Positions 1 through 15,600 of a DNA stretch of 64,000 nucleotides are shown here, piece by piece. The translations under genes were made by a program, and so were the position numbers. Each line of letters opens with the position of its first letter. Within the stretch, counting starts at the first letter, position 1. This DNA comes from Styela clava. Its lineage: Eukaryota. The DNA is taken from the NCBI RefSeq assembly GCF_964204865.1, contig NC_135250.1, forward strand, positions 5,580,001-5,644,000, read 5' to 3'. The notes beneath the pieces are model-generated. The model was not told the origin of the DNA and did no database searches. It saw only the letters and a program-made list of their open reading frames with translations.

Positions 1-244
1 TCAAAGCAAAGATGATGTATTTCATCGTAATAGTGTATGTTGATTACTGGATTAAGCAAAAAAAAAAGGAAAAGTAGTTACGGTACTGAGCATGAGCAGG
101 ATAAATAGATCGAAATCATAAAGGTTCTGCAATATAGAATAAAGATTTTACATAATCAGACATCAGAAAATAATCCCCCTTGATTTGTAATAAATTGGGG
201 TCATTTCAGAGTTCAATGAAAAAAAAACACGGCTGGCTGGTGAT

Positions 245-494
245 CAGGGACGTAGCCAGAAATTTTCAAAGGGGGGGTTCTGAAATTTTTTTGCCAAGTT
301 AGATTGAAACAGCTGGGTCAGATCGAACACTAGAATACGCAGGTTTTTAGTAGTCTTGGGAGTCTAAAAAGCATTTCACGTTATGGAAAATTGCTATCTA
401 TGATACAGAAAATTGATTTTATTATTTTTTTTACATTTCAAAAAGAGGGGGGGAGGTTTCGACCCGCAAAACCACCCCCCTGGCTATGCCACTG
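245..494. mobile_element. hAT-type MITE present only in copy A
   Basis: TIR CAGGGACGTAGCCAG / CTGGCTATGCCACTG; 8-bp TSD CTGGTGAT(237-244)/CTGGTGAC(495-502); empty site with a single CTGGTGAT at ~48421 in copy B. Confidence 0.85.
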
Positions 495-668
495 CTGGTG
501 ACCCAATGTCATTCAGTGCCTTCTCTAATAAGTTAATTTTGAGAGATAACATTATAAATCATAATGGCACATAAACAGGTGTGGTAAGGAAGTTCAGAAA
601 AATTCTGTATCCAGTTACACAAAAAATCCTGAAACACAGATCAGATAAAAAAAATATAAGCTACATAC

Positions 669-3600
669 TTTCAAGGACCATTGGAAGCAGAATAGCAAAG
701 ATGATATAACCAGGATTGCGCAAATTTATCAGAAGAGTTCTTCTCATCATTTGTAATATAATCGATCCAGAACTTGATTTTCCACTTCCCTGTAAGACAG
801 GATAATATGATTATAGTGAGAAATAATTTTGGGGGAATTTTAACATTCAATTTTTTTTCTTATTATACGTTTTTTTTTTACACCCCCTGCTTCGAATGAA
901 GCCCTGTACAAACGGCCACTGTTATGCAAGGAGTTACTATTTTTCGAATGACCGAAATCTTTCCAGGTTTGCCATTGTCTACCCGATTTATTACACCATG
1001 GGTGAGGTGGTGAGCATAGGAATTGGACCCACCCGAGATAGCTAACGTACCAGCTAGGCCAGGGGTAGCCTGTGGGCCAGATCCCCCCTACTGAAGTGTT
1101 TCATTCGGCCCACTTGTGCCTGCTGTATTTACGACTATAGCATTTATAGATATAAATTTCTATATATAAATTAACGATGTAAGTAACGTCATAATGACCC
1201 CCGATTGTTACTTCGTACTACTAATGATTATATAAATGTTAGCCTTGGACTAGCTTTGTAAATAAACTGTTTTTTCATATTAGGTTTTGAGCCCCGGCTC
1301 AGTAATCAAGTCTATTATCTGTAACTGGCCCACGCCCACTCAGAAAAGTAATTAAATGACCCTAGATATACACGGTCAAACATCTCGGTTTCAAAACTCA
1401 TGCCCACCACCTCGTCCATTGGAAATACTTCTCTCTACTGGCTGCTAAACAGCCTTGTTTAGAGTAAAAACACACCATGAGAAATTTTCAAAACTATTGT
1501 CACCATCTCACCTCACTTTGTGAAGGATCAAATATCGGTGGAGAATTTGGAACATTGATTGCAACTGAATCCCGGTCTTCGTTTGTTTCTGGAACAGCCA
1601 ATGGGTTTGAATATCCTACACTTGCATATTTTTCCTTAGTGCCTAGAATATTTTACATGTTACTATACCAACTAATCAAGATGAAATTCGAATACAATGG
1701 TAGATACTCCTGTAGTACGTGAACCAAAATGGCGGACACCAGAGCGTGGTATTAGGGTTAGGTCATAATTTCAGGTACATTTACTACGGAAGTCACTTGG
1801 CTAGTCCCGAACTCGTAATAGAACTAAAATTGGAATAAAATAATGGCCTAACCCTAACCTGGTACACATAAACATAATATGTTCCGATGTCCGCCAGCTT
1901 GGTTCACATAATACAGGAGTACCCAATGGTATGTCTAGCGATGGACTATATATGAATATTAAATCTATTGAAATAGGGATACTAATAGAATTGGAGTATG
2001 TCCAAAGAGAGAGAATTGGAACCTAAAATTGCAGCTCCAAATTTATATTGAAGGAATATAAAAAATATTTTAAATCTTGGGAGTTTTGAAATGTATTGAA
2101 ATTTCACGTTCTTTTTCGAAAAAATGAGAATTTGATATTGCTTCCTTGTGTTAACGTGAATAACGTCACAGTTGACAAAATATGTAAATATTGGCTATTT
2201 GCAAATTAACGGAATCTCAATATCATGGTCAAAAGAATACGCTATAAAAAAAGGATTCAATTTCAAAACGTTTGATAAAAAATATAGCTACTATTTTTGA
2301 TTATTTTTTGATTATATAAAAATCAGAGTAAATGTAAATCAATTTATAATATATAGGGTGTCCATAAAGTTTTAAATTTTTTCAAATTGCAAAAGGAATT
2401 TATCGATACCATAAATTGTTTTGGAGCTCACAGATGTATTAAATGAAGTAAATATACTTAAACAATTACTGATTGAAAAACAACAAACCTGGTAAAGATA
2501 TAATGAGAATTGACTTAAAAACGAAATTGAAATTGTAAAGGGCCTTCATGGACATCTTACTTATTGTGTAAAGAAATATTTAATAAAAAAAAAATAAGAA
2601 CTACAGTGTTTTGAGGATGAACAATACAGGATGAAGTGCTAATATCTATACATTAGGGTTGGCAAAAACAGCAAGCCTCACCACAAGTTAATATTACCTG
2701 AAGTAGTTAAGTGTTTTAAGTTTTTAAATATCGAAGCAGAAATCAAAGCAAGATGCAGCATTTTGTTGCATATTGTATTTATCCTTGCACAATATGCTTG
2801 CGATTTTGCTGTTATATCGACTAATTTAGTATGGCTTTTCCTTTTTTGAATAAAAAATCAGAATCTCATTTGTATGTATTTCAGGAATAGTGGTTGCGCT
2901 CTCCTGTAGTCAAGGGATAATGGCAACTGTTCTTATTAGTTAAAATAAAAAAGCATAAACATAAAGAAAGTTAATTTATGGTTTCTCGATTTGCATGTTA
3001 GTCAAGGAATCATGCCTGTTTTGTGGTTTTAATCAACAAAGAAATGTTACCGGCAATTAAAAATTGCATTTTATGATTTTTTTCACACAAAATTCAAATT
3101 ACTTTTGCAAATAATTCTGGCACAATCTTACCATTTTCATCTGACATGAGTGATTGAAATGCTTCTACATAACAGAACAATTATGCTAGACTTACTCTAC
3201 GTGTATTCGAATTAGGACGAATGTGTGCTTTTCTAACAGTGATTTACAATTGGACTTTTTAAAATAAAGAGAACATCATGGTTTAAATATTCTAGTTTGT
3301 CCAAATGTCATAAAAAATCCACAAACTTTGAAATATTAATATAAATTTACAACATCCTCCACCAAAAGAGTTTATAGTTCAAGTTATCATTCATTAGTCA
3401 CCGCCATTCGAGGTGATATCCATTAATTATTAGGATATAGAAATTACAATATCATTTCTATTTTTAATAATGCCATAATTAGTAAACTTCTATATGATGT
3501 GAAAAATATCTTACCATTATCATACGTTCTGTATGTTTCTGAGTTAGAGATACAAAATTAAATTACCACAAATACATTCAGCTATTTAATAAGTCAATAT

Positions 3601-6600
3601 AAACCCTTGCTTGTATTTTTATGAGAGAATTCAAAGGTTCACTCTAAGTCTAAATAAAGGACCTGACAAGCCATTTCAGAAAGTATAATAGTGAGATAAA
3701 AAAACTAGAATATGTGATGTCCCCCTCAATCCATGGCACCTTAGATAATAAGGTGGTAGATTCGAGATTGAACCAAAAATATCTTAGCATATCATAGGTT
3801 CTTTTTAAATAAATGAAATTATATATAAATATTCCATATTATTTATGCCAAAACAGAGGATATGTAAGTTGTAGTCTTTATACAATGTTTGGCAATTTTT
3901 AAATAAATCAATGAGTTGTTATCCTAATGCGCTTTACTTGAGTGGCATAAATGCAAGCAAAATTGTGGGCGCTCCCGAAGTGTGTGTACCAATTTGGAGG
4001 TAACTAATTTTGTTCGTCTACCATACATCAAGTAGTGTAAAAGAACTCAAACATATGGGCAGGGGGTGTATTCACTTGGGTAACACAGACAGTCCCCGAA
4101 CTCGTAATAGAACTAAAATAAGGAAAATCGTAATAAAATTGTCGCGTAACCCACACCGGTACACACACAACGAGAGTACGCAACGTTTTTATATAGCATA
4201 AAAAGTGATTACATTTCCAATACAAATTCAAACGGTTCTCCAAAATCATGTTTCAGATTCAAGTTCATGACTGTTATCTTTTGATTCAGCTTTGCCTACC
4301 CAATTTAATACACCCTGATTGTTTAGTACACCCTGATTGAAGTGTTAGACATGGAATTTGAATCCAATACTTATAACATGCAATTCCAAAAAATGTCACA
4401 GAAAACAAGTTCGAGCACTTTCACTTACCAGTTTGTCCATTTCCCTCTTCATCCACGTCATCGTCTTCACCAATTTTCAAAAAAACTTCCTCAAGGGTTG
4501 TCATGGAAACACCGTAACTTTGAATATTCAATTCATCTTGACGTTTATCAAAGTCAGCAAATAGTTCTGAAAAATTAATTTTAGCAAAAATCGTTGAATA
4601 TTAATTAGTGGATGGGAACTGTCAAGGCTGTGAAGTCTGTGTCAATACTGAAGTCAGTGTCATTTTACCAGAACTCTAAAAATGATTTGAGTTCATAAAA
4701 ATTTATCAACATACAATTAACGAAGGCTCGCATATGCCAAAGTCAAAGTTGTCACTGACTTCAAGGTCAGAAGTCGGAGTCAAAGTTATAACGGAGGTCG
4801 AAGTTTAATCCAATTTTTAAATTGCTTTGAGTTTGGAGTCTGGTTTGAATTTTCCAACCCAACAGTCCTGGCTATTACCCTTTCCTTACCTCCTATCCTA
4901 TCAATCACTCTGTAATATCCAATTTAAGCAATGCTTTATATTTATGATGACTTTGATCATTTTTATAAAGCAATACAGACTTCAATAATACAGTCAGAAA
5001 TAAATAAAAAAATAGTACAATGTAAGGTAAAACCAGATCTAAGCTTGAGTTACCTGAAAATTTAGACACTTGATTTAATGGCAATGTATAAACATGTTCC
5101 ATTCCAACAGATCTTTGCAATTGAGCATCATCAATGTGAGTATTCACACAGGAACCAATTCTTGTTGCATCTTCTGGTGATTTTGAGACAACGCTGAAAA
5201 CAAAGATAATGTTATCAATTTGGATCTAAGTAATAAATAAAGTAGTAGATGGCTAGCATATCAAACCTGGGCTATCTTATTCTTGACCATACCAACCAAA
5301 CATTGACCGTGCAAACTCAACATTGACCATGCTGATAAAACAATGACCATGCCAATTAAAATTAATCCTGAAGACCAGAAATTGACCATTCCGACTTAAC
5401 ATTGACCATGCCCATCGAACAATGACCATTCTGGTCATACATTGACCATGCGCACCAAACATTGACCAAGCTGACCAAACACTGGTTGTGTTGACCAAGC
5501 TGGCAAAACAATGACCATGCCGACCATACATTGACCATGCCAAGTGCAGACCAAGTAAAAGTTATGCAGACCATTAGAAATAAGATCAAAGTCAAAATAG
5601 ACTACAAACTGTTCACCCATCTGAACCAAATATTATCGTTTTAACAAATTTTTCTTACCCAAGATGATATCCGCAACCAAATCTATTCTTCAAAAACAAA
5701 GACGAGCCAACACATCTCAACTTCCCACGGGTAAGAATCGCTTTGCGATCTGAAAAATAAATATGATTATGGCACTGCTTTTGAATTTGGAAGATGAAAT
5801 GACTGCTTTTGTGGAATATACAACGGTAGAAGTATCTGGACATTTTAGTTAGGTATAACACCCTTGACCACAAGGCCAACGGGCTTTCCATACTCCTGTT
5901 ATAAAAATGACGAAACATGGCATAAGTCTATTTATGGCTAACGATCACTATACCTGCAAGTATATCTGCTTCGTCCATAAAATGAGTAGTTAACAAAGTA
6001 ACTCGATCCTCACGATGAGATCGGAGTAAATCCCAGAGTTTGCGTCGAGAATATGGATCCATTCCAGCTGTCGGTTCATCAAGAATAAGAATCTGGAAAT
6101 TATAAAAAAAAAATCATTAGAAAGAGTTATTGCTCAATTTTCACTGATTAAAAATTTTCGGGTAATATAGAAACCTTGGGATCTCCTAATATTGCGATTC
6201 CAACCGATAATTTCCGCTTCTGTCCGCCAGAAAGTTTCTTAGCAAATGTATCTCTCTGATCATGTAGTCCAACAACATTGATGACTCGTTCCATCTACAA
6301 GTAGAATGAAATAAAAATAAAAATCGGGATTTATGCACAGTTATGGATTCGGAGAAAATTTACAATTGGTTAACTCAGACTCCATGCTGGAAAAATTTGT
6401 AGAAAATTTCGACTTCGTCACCAGTTTAAGCAGATAACAATAACTTTGGCTTATGCAAGTATTCTTTATTAATAGACTGTTAAAAACTCTGAATAAACTC
6501 GATGCTTTTTTAGGTTTTGTTAAATTAAAATTCCCTTTATCATCACTGAAATTCTGTAAATACAACAAATTTATAATTTCGACACCAACTTAGAATAAAA

Positions 6601-9600
6601 ATGAATAAAAGGGGCTCAATGCAGAGCCTTGTAGATCGTAAAATTTACAATTGACTGCGGGTCAGTGTTGAAGAAAATTGGGGTTGAATAAAATTTGTTC
6701 AGACTCAGTGTTGTAAAAAAATTTAGGCCGACTCGAGCCTCCAAGAAAATGAACTTTTTTAATCAACACTGATTTCTCACAAATATGCCTCTGACAAATT
6801 CAGAATTTTGACCCAACTAGTTTGAAAATACAATCCCGGCTCTGACCCAATAAAAGCAAGCAAAACCCCCATTCAAAATCCTGAATCTACAGCTCTGGCG
6901 CTATGACAGGCAATTTGACTTGCTGATTGGGGTGGTCGACAACAACAATTTGGCAAAGTGATCCTTTGGCAACTTTTCAGTCTAAAAACAACTATTATAC
7001 CTCGGCCACAGCCTCTTCTCCAGTGTATCCTTTGAGCCCTGCAAAAACTTCTAAATGTTCTTTCACAGAAAGAAAATCTAATAAAATATCATGTTGCGGA
7101 CAAACTCCAGTCATTCTGCGTATTTCTTCCATGTCATCTAAATTTTTTACATCGTATCCATAAACCGATGCTGATCCTGAGGTCGCAGGGACAAAACCTG
7201 CAAAAAAGCAGCTATCAGACAAATACAATTTACAGCATACAGTACAGTTGCGAAGACTCTATACATTAACTAGAGTCATAATGCTCAATGACTGAGTTAC
7301 TTGAGTGAACTGACTGGACCCATACTCAGGTAATCACCAGAAAGACTTGACTTGGGACATAGAAAAAAGTTTTGTCTAGCTGCTCTCTCTATAAAAATGC
7401 GAAAAAAATTCCTGAAAAATTAGGTTGGTTTAATGTAAGATGGAAATTTTCATGGTATCGAGTATATGTGACTCTGGAATTCAGCATTTGTGACTTGGCT
7501 TGATGCTCTGCATTTATGGACTTCAACACTAAATATAATAACATTTATCGACCGGCAGATTAAAAACGTGACACAAACCAAAAATGGTACTCCTGTATTA
7601 TGTGTACCAGGTTTGGGTTAGGCTGTAATTTTATTTCGATTTTCCTTATTTTAGTTCTATTAAAAGTTCAGGGACTGTTTGTGTTAGCCAAGTGAATATA
7701 CCCCCTGCCCATAGGATTCTGTATCTTTACACAACTTGATGTAAAATAGAAGAACAAAATTAGTTACATCCATATTGGTACATACTTCTGGAGCGCCCAA
7801 AAAAATGGTCCAAAAAAAATTACAATTTCATACCTGTAAGAATATTGAAGATAGTGGTTTTCCCAGCTCCGTTGTGGCCAAGTAAAGCCATAATTTGACC
7901 TTTGTATATATCGAGACTGAACCTTTGAACTGCAACAGTAGACTTTGATGACTGACCGAAGATTGCAGATTTTTTAAAAACTTTTCTTATGTTTGTCATG
8001 CTGTATTATAAAACGATATAAACGATTTTCACATGTGAATTGAAAAAAATTGATTATATTAACACTAAGAAAATTTACTTCAAGATAATATGCTTTTTTA
8101 ATAATCCATTTTGCTTTTGATTTTGAATTCAGAATCTGTGCATTAATTTAGCAAAATTAGCAAAACCATAATCATGAAATTTTACTTCGATAACATGATT
8201 TTCAATTTAATTTATTCATTCTCTTCGCAACAAACAAGACGGCCACTGATATCTAGCGATGTGTAAAATGCTACTATTAGTGAAAGGACCAATATCTACA
8301 GCACTGCTTATCCAATTTATCACACCTTTTGTGAGGTGATGTGGATGGGATTGTGGACAGAGATATGTAACAGTTAAGTTTAAACCATTAACTGACATGA
8401 TTTATCTGAAAAACCAGAAAAAATTGGGACGACTTTATAAAAAAACAATAGGATAATTTACAGATGCTGTCAACCTACTTTTTTCCTAGCTCAGCTAGAA
8501 TTTCTGATTCCTTGCTAATGCCAATTGTTGCTATAGCAACTGGATAAAATTTGGAAAGAAAACTTACGAAATAGCTTCATTGCCAATCTGGTCTGGTGAC
8601 ACAGGTTCAAAGTCATGTTGTGAATATCCCTCGAATGGTTCCCCGCTCGTTGAACGTCTTGATAATGCACGATCACGAGACAAACCTCGTTGAGATCTGC
8701 TCCAGTATGAAGGTTTGAAACAGAAGAAAGGTGATTTGCGTTGACCATATTCCCCTGAAATATAGGATAAGATTTTCGTATTTACTTTAGAAAAAGGTAA
8801 TTTAATCATATGTTGGAAGTAAAGAATAGAAAGTAGTATTCTATTTCCGAATCTGATTGCATATTTGGACTAACTACAGGATAAATTGGGATTAAATGAT
8901 TCTAAAAAACCAAAGTATGAATAAAGTTAGCAGAAAAAATATGATTCTTTCATAAATTCACACATTCAAATTCTGAAATTGCTACAAAGTGATGTGGATT
9001 CTAAACTTAATCCACAGCCAAATTCAGGTAGTAAAAAAACAGATAACATTTACGGTATGATGCATACACTTTGCTTGTGAAACAAGCCATGGGAAGACCA
9101 ACTGTTGTGTAAACCAACCTACGACGCTGAGAAGCTCGTATGTTTTCTGATACTGAGCAAAGTTGCTTATACAGAGACTTATTCTAAGCGCAAAGGGCCA
9201 TCAAAATATAGAATAAAAATAAAATTTGTCTGTGAAACAAAGAGTAGGCACATGCACATGAATTTTAGAATAATAAGTTCAAAGCAATAAATAATAACAA
9301 ACCTGGAACCACACTATCAAGATATAAGGTCAAGAAAAAATAGAGAAAAATATCCACAATCATCATAACAAGTCCAATATAAAGAGGTTTTGGTCCTTCT
9401 GCAATGTTGTAAAAATGAGCTCCTTGGCCGGTAACTTCGAACAGGAAAACCTATTATGAAAAAAAAATATGAATTTTATTATAATCAGCTTCTTGACGCT
9501 CCAAACAAGGCAGTGTATAAGCTGCCACTGATATAAGAGTAGCTATTATTTTCTGGAAGAACCGTAAACTTACGATTCAACATTGCCCAACCAATTTATT

Positions 9601-12600
9601 ACCCCCTTGGTGAGGTCGTATTCTTCACTTAGTAATATTGCAATACATATTTAGGCGCATATTTAGTGTGTGTACCAATATGAAGGTAACTAATTTTGTT
9701 CGCCTACTTTACATCAAGTTGTGTAAGGGGACTGAAACCTATGGACAAGGGGGTATATTCAGTTGGTTGACACAGACAGTCCCCGAACTCGTAATAGAAC
9801 TAAAATAAGGAAAATCGAACTAAAAGTATGGCCAAAGCCTAACCCTAACCAGGTACACATACTACGGGGTACCAATATTTATGCAGTGGACTTTTCGAAC
9901 TACACAAAATTCATATTGCGCGTTACTAGGTGATGGTCTAATAAAGCCCTTATTTTGTGCAGTTAGGAAGAATTAGGAGTTGCAAATTGCAATATATGCA
10001 ACGGAAGGATGTTATTTTCACAAAGAAGAATTCATATTTCATTTCAATCAAACTTTACGGTTATAAAGATGTGTACTCTTCAAAAATAAATTGAAATGAA
10101 ATTTTTTCATAATTTCTAAATTTAGGACGAATTTGGATAAGTTGTAAAAATATTAAAACACTCATCTTCAGAAGCTAATTCTGTTTAATGTGATATAAAA
10201 AAAGCGATAAAAAACATCAAACGTCCAAAAGGGTACAAAATAAACCTATTCCATTGTTACAATTATTTACATATCGTAAAAGCATTTCTATAGGTGAAAA
10301 GTAAAGGACGTAATATAATTTTATAAACTCTTTTGTGAAAAACATCAAACGAATAAAAAGGAACAAAATAAATCTATTCTATTGTTATAATTATTTGCAT
10401 ATCATAAAGCATTTCTATAAGTGAAAGTAAAAGACGTAATATAATTTTATAAAATCTTTTGTAAAAATTAGAAAAAATTTGAGTTTTGATTTAAGTTATC
10501 TTACTAACTGAAAATTTATACCCAGAATATAAGAAAATCAGAAATTTGATTTCTCTCTTTTTTTCTAATAATAATATGATACAATAGAGTAATATTGAAA
10601 AGCAATGGATGCTATTAAACTTTAAAAAATGAGAGTTTAAGACAGTTATTTCACCGGGTAAAACTTCATACTCATTGCCATTGTCAGATATCAGACTGGA
10701 GCAATTCTATTTGAGTTGAGACATTTTTTCACAAGTTTTAATTTTTACTTTTTATGAAAACTTGCTCCTAAAAATTTTAAATCTTACCCTAGAACAGTCA
10801 AAATTTTGGAGAAAATATTTACAAAAATAAAAAATAGGACAAATGTGTAGTAAATATACCTATAAACCAAGAGATCATTAAACTAATAAAAAATGACATA
10901 CCAAGAATAAAAGGCATCATAAAATATCATTGTAGTTAGGCACTAAGCGGTATCATGTATTGTCTGATTTACACGATTTGTTTTAAACAGATTGCAAATA
11001 TTTACTCATTGAGATGAGCTAGGTTTTTTTTTCAAAGCAAGAGAGTAATGTTTAAATATAGGTTTTATAATAAATAAATAAAAACAGATTTTTCATGCCC
11101 CAGAAATACGCCCCAACAAATAATAACAGTGATTTAGAAAAACAATTCGCATGCACTTCGTGTTCAATTAAACAACTCGAAACTCAAATATAAGATTGAG
11201 ACTGCACCAAACTTTATTGTAATTCAATTTGGAAACTGAACAATGACAGAAGAAAGTTTATTAACATATTCGGATATAGGTTTCATTAAACAGACAAAAA
11301 ACATTCATGTTATGTGTAATTTAATTTTCAAATGATATGAGTCACTACATTACAGTAAGAGGAAATTTAGTTGGAAATATTCAACAAATTTTCTCCAAAT
11401 CAGGCTCTGAACAAGTGTACTTGGTGTACATGACAACTGCTATGATTACAAAAGTCTGAATGTGGACAGCATTATAGTACAGCAGTACAGCATTACCCGC
11501 CCAAGTTATGTCCAAATGAAGGGACGTGGTGGGTATGAGCAATCCTGTACTAGGTTTAAAATCTTATTTAGCCGCCAGTCCAGAGGTTCCCAGAGCGGCG
11601 TCCCGAAATTTAACAGAATTGTGTTAAACATAACTGATATGTGATTGAATAATTTACATATTGTATTTATCAAAAATATTTTATTGTTTCTTGTTTTTAA
11701 TGCCGTGTATATGAATAAATAAATTCATTCTCCTTTTATGGGTTGTTCACTTTCTGTTACTTAGTGTCCGTCTAAAAAAAGTTTTTTTGGGGTGGGTGGG
11801 ATGCACGAACAAAATGTTTGCGAACTGCTGCGCTTGTCCAATGCCTCTTAACCAGTGAAGCACTCATTATTTTTAGAGGTACAAGAATGTTGAGTCATAA
11901 AGTTTGAATAAAATATACACAATCATGGTCTTTAGACAGGCATAGCACAGTGGGAAAAACAACAAAATTACTAATTAGCATGTAATACCAACTAGATCCA
12001 ATATTAGGGTATGTAGTGTTAAATACACAAAAAATGAAAAATCATGTAATAGTTTGCTATTTACATATTAGAACAATTTTTTTTCAAATATTTTTAGAAT
12101 GGCGATGCGAGAAACAATGATTTCAAATTGCGAAAGGAAAAAAAGAGTCAAGAACGATTGAAAGGATGCTGAAAAAAATGGCAGTCTGCGGCAGTTACCA
12201 CTTGACTCAACGTTGGTTCCATATACCTCACATGATTTACATGATCTCAATATCACATGACTTGTGGGTTCGGGTAGGGTACCACAAATCATGTGACTTT
12301 TAGTTTTTACCAATATAATAAAAATGAATTTCTCAATAAATCAGTATTAAATCAGTTACATACACATATAAACTTCATCTGAGAACAATTTTGAAGGAGA
12401 ATTATTTATTTTGTTATTTTTTATATGGCACTAATTCCAAACAAAGCTCTCTACAAGAAGCCAATGATATCTAAAGATATAAGAAGCGACTATTTTTGTA
12501 GGAGCCAGAATCTATCTGATTTGATATTCCCTACCCCAGCAGTTCCAAAATATGTACAATATTCAATCATATATTAGTTATATGCATAACACCATTCTGT

Positions 12601-15600
12601 TGATTTTCGAGGTGCACTCAAAACCTTGCAAATTGAGGTGATGGTCATAAGATTTGGAGTCTGAAAAACTTTTAATAACTACGCCATCAGAACCAAGTAC
12701 ACTGCACAGCAAAATCATATTTTGTGCCAATTTCGACTTCGTTAAATTTATAAACAGTAACGTAATATTTCACTCACTCTAATTTTATTCCACTCTAACT
12801 ACTTAGCCATCAGATTTTACTCAAATTAGGGTTAATTTCTAATGTTAATATTCTAATAATAAATAAACTTGAATACTAAAAAACATTGCAATATTAAACT
12901 CCATTTCAGTAACTACAAAAAGTAATAAACCAAAACCCACCTTCCCCATCGCGAATGAAAAAGCTGTAGGAGAGAGTAGAGAAACTGCCCAAATGGCAGG
13001 TTCAGGAAAATCGCCTGCTAGTTGGATTGCGAGAAACACAAGCGACATAATAATGGAAATAAATCCTCCAACAGCTCCTGCTGTTCTAGCTTTACTGAAG
13101 AATGGTGTGAGCATGAATCCAAGCATTTCCTAGAAATATAAAGAGTGAAATTAGTGATGATTTCTTCGACTAATAATTTGACCACAATAATTTTGAGTGC
13201 ATTGCGAAATATCAATTGCGTTATGTGTATTTCTGAACTTTCCATAAAATGATGAAATTTTTAAAATTAACATTGAGAGGGAGAAGAGGATACTCAGCCC
13301 CTATCGCATTAATTACTTGTTAGGGTTGATCGAGTCCTTGACTCGAGTAGAACTGGACTTATGTGACGTCCTCAATAATGAAGACGTGAAGTGACTTTAG
13401 GTTATCTAGGAATGGATGTTTCCCTGTGGCACGTGGTCGTAGATTAATAAAAATAATGATTTCGAGCATGTAAATCAGTTTGTAGGTGTGAACTCTCCAA
13501 AACACACGCAACATAGCATATGCAAAAGTTTGCAATATTAAAGTATAGAAAGAATTTTGTTGGGGTCAAGGGTCGGGGAAACATCCATAGGAATCGCCAC
13601 TAACTAACTTTCAGTGAGAATTGACTCCATGGTTGACCTGACTCCAACTAAACCTGACCATTAACTATGGGAAGAAACCTTATTGAAAAATGTTCATTCA
13701 AATTTAAACAGCACTCACTCAATCACTCATAATCCCTCACGATTCAGGAGTTATAATGAAAGAACTCACAATTCTAAGTTCGTATATGAAAATATATTTA
13801 AAGAGCACTCACTCAATCACCTGTATTCTCATATTACTCAAAGTAATAATAAAACAACTCACGATGCTAAGTCCGTAGATAAAAAAGAGGAGAAAGACAA
13901 GAAAAAAATTGCTGAGTGGAAACAAATTCCCAAAATATCCAATGAGTGTCATAACTAAGGTCATCACAAACAACGATGCAACATAAACTGTTCCCCACGA
14001 AAACCTGCAGAAAAAAATAAATGCGTAGGACAGTAGGTCACAAATTACTCTAATTTGGATTGACCAGAATCATTTCATATTGCGTTACACCTTAATTAAA
14101 CGCAGTCACTAGTTTTTGAAAATAGCCGTTAATTTTGCTGTGATATGAAAACGAATAAAAATTCGTTGAGCTTACGAAAATCCTATTCGAATACTTGATT
14201 AAACTTACCAATAAGCAAGATCACTGAGTCCCATCATTTTCATCCCTTCCTTGATCTTCTTTTCCTTTTCATAAACAACGAAAACTAACAAGAAACTGGA
14301 AAAGTATAAGAATATGAAAGTTTATCACTAAGATTATGCCAGTAACATGTAAGTAACATATTTAAAACAAGACAAATCGTTAGAACGACACGTCCGTGAC
14401 ATGTAACATATTCGAAACAAAACAACAATAAATCTCACCCTCTTTTCTTGTGACCATTTCAAATTAATCATATTATTCTAAACCACTGGTTCTCAACTGG
14501 GCAACAGAAACAGTTTCAGGTGGGCCACAAATCAATTAAAAAGGGCTAGACTTATTGATAAATTAGTTAAATTCGATTGTATTAGAAATGAATTATAAAG
14601 CTGTTTTTGGAAACTAAATAGTGATTTGTCTATCTATGTAAGGAGTCCATCTATTTTTTTTTGTTTTTCTTGTAGTTTATCCCTTACATGAGCAAGGTAA
14701 TGGGCCATAGATTATTTTTGTGCAATATAAGTGGGCCATGAAATAAAGGGTTGGGAAACACTGTTCTAGACTATCATTTTTACTCACGTTAAAAACGGTC
14801 CCATTGCTATAACGAGGTACAGAGGCCCAATGATAAGGAAAGCATCAGTGTTTGAAAGAGTTGCATCTTTTGGCATTATTCGAGCTGATATTGTCGTTGA
14901 GGTAAAGTTCGGATCAATTGTCTGAAGAATTATTAAAATATTTTAGATTTCACAACCAAGAATAAAATAACATAATCCCAAATCGCACTTTAATAAACTT
15001 TGAAAACTTAGTAGCTAAAAATTAAAAAAAAATTTTTGAAGATTTTCGTTTACAATTTAAAAGATCAAAGACAATCAATTCTCCACATTCAATTTTTAAC
15101 AGTGTATATCATTCAAAAATAGGAGTCTTGTCAACTTCCAGCAGGCTTTTAAAATCTGATTTAATTCACTAAATTTAAAATATGATAATGCATTGCCCAA
15201 AATACAAAAGAAAATGTTGATTATAAATTAGCACCCCAGGTAATAAAGTGTTACAAAAATATCTATAATTCATGAAAGGACTGCCTTCACCTTTGCAATC
15301 ATTGTATCAATGACCATCTGTAAACCGGCAAATCCAGAGAAAAGATAATTATTTGCTGGACATTGAAACGTGTCGCTTCCATTTCCTTGCCTACAATTTG
15401 CTGCAAAAACAATGATATTGTTAGTTTATTTTCTTCAAATGGTATTTTGCAAGATGAAATGTTTTTATCGCCTTTCCTCTCCCCAATGATAAATATGAAA
15501 ATCCTATTCTATCTTACACTGTGAATATAGATGCGTTTGAAGATTATTGTAAATTTAGTCTATCACAAAATACAAAAACATGGTAGAGTATGTAACAGTT

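Noticed and set aside
4342-4578. Plus-strand ORFs antisense to ABCA exons (also 1477, 6927, 13683, 43313)
   Set aside because: Shadow frames of real minus-strand exons.
5277-5629. Overlapping repetitive ORFs (also 53212-53593)
   Set aside because: Products of the stop-poor intronic TGACCA minisatellite.
9835-9852. Interstitial telomere
   Set aside because: Only 1.5-2 TAACCC units, always inside MITEs.
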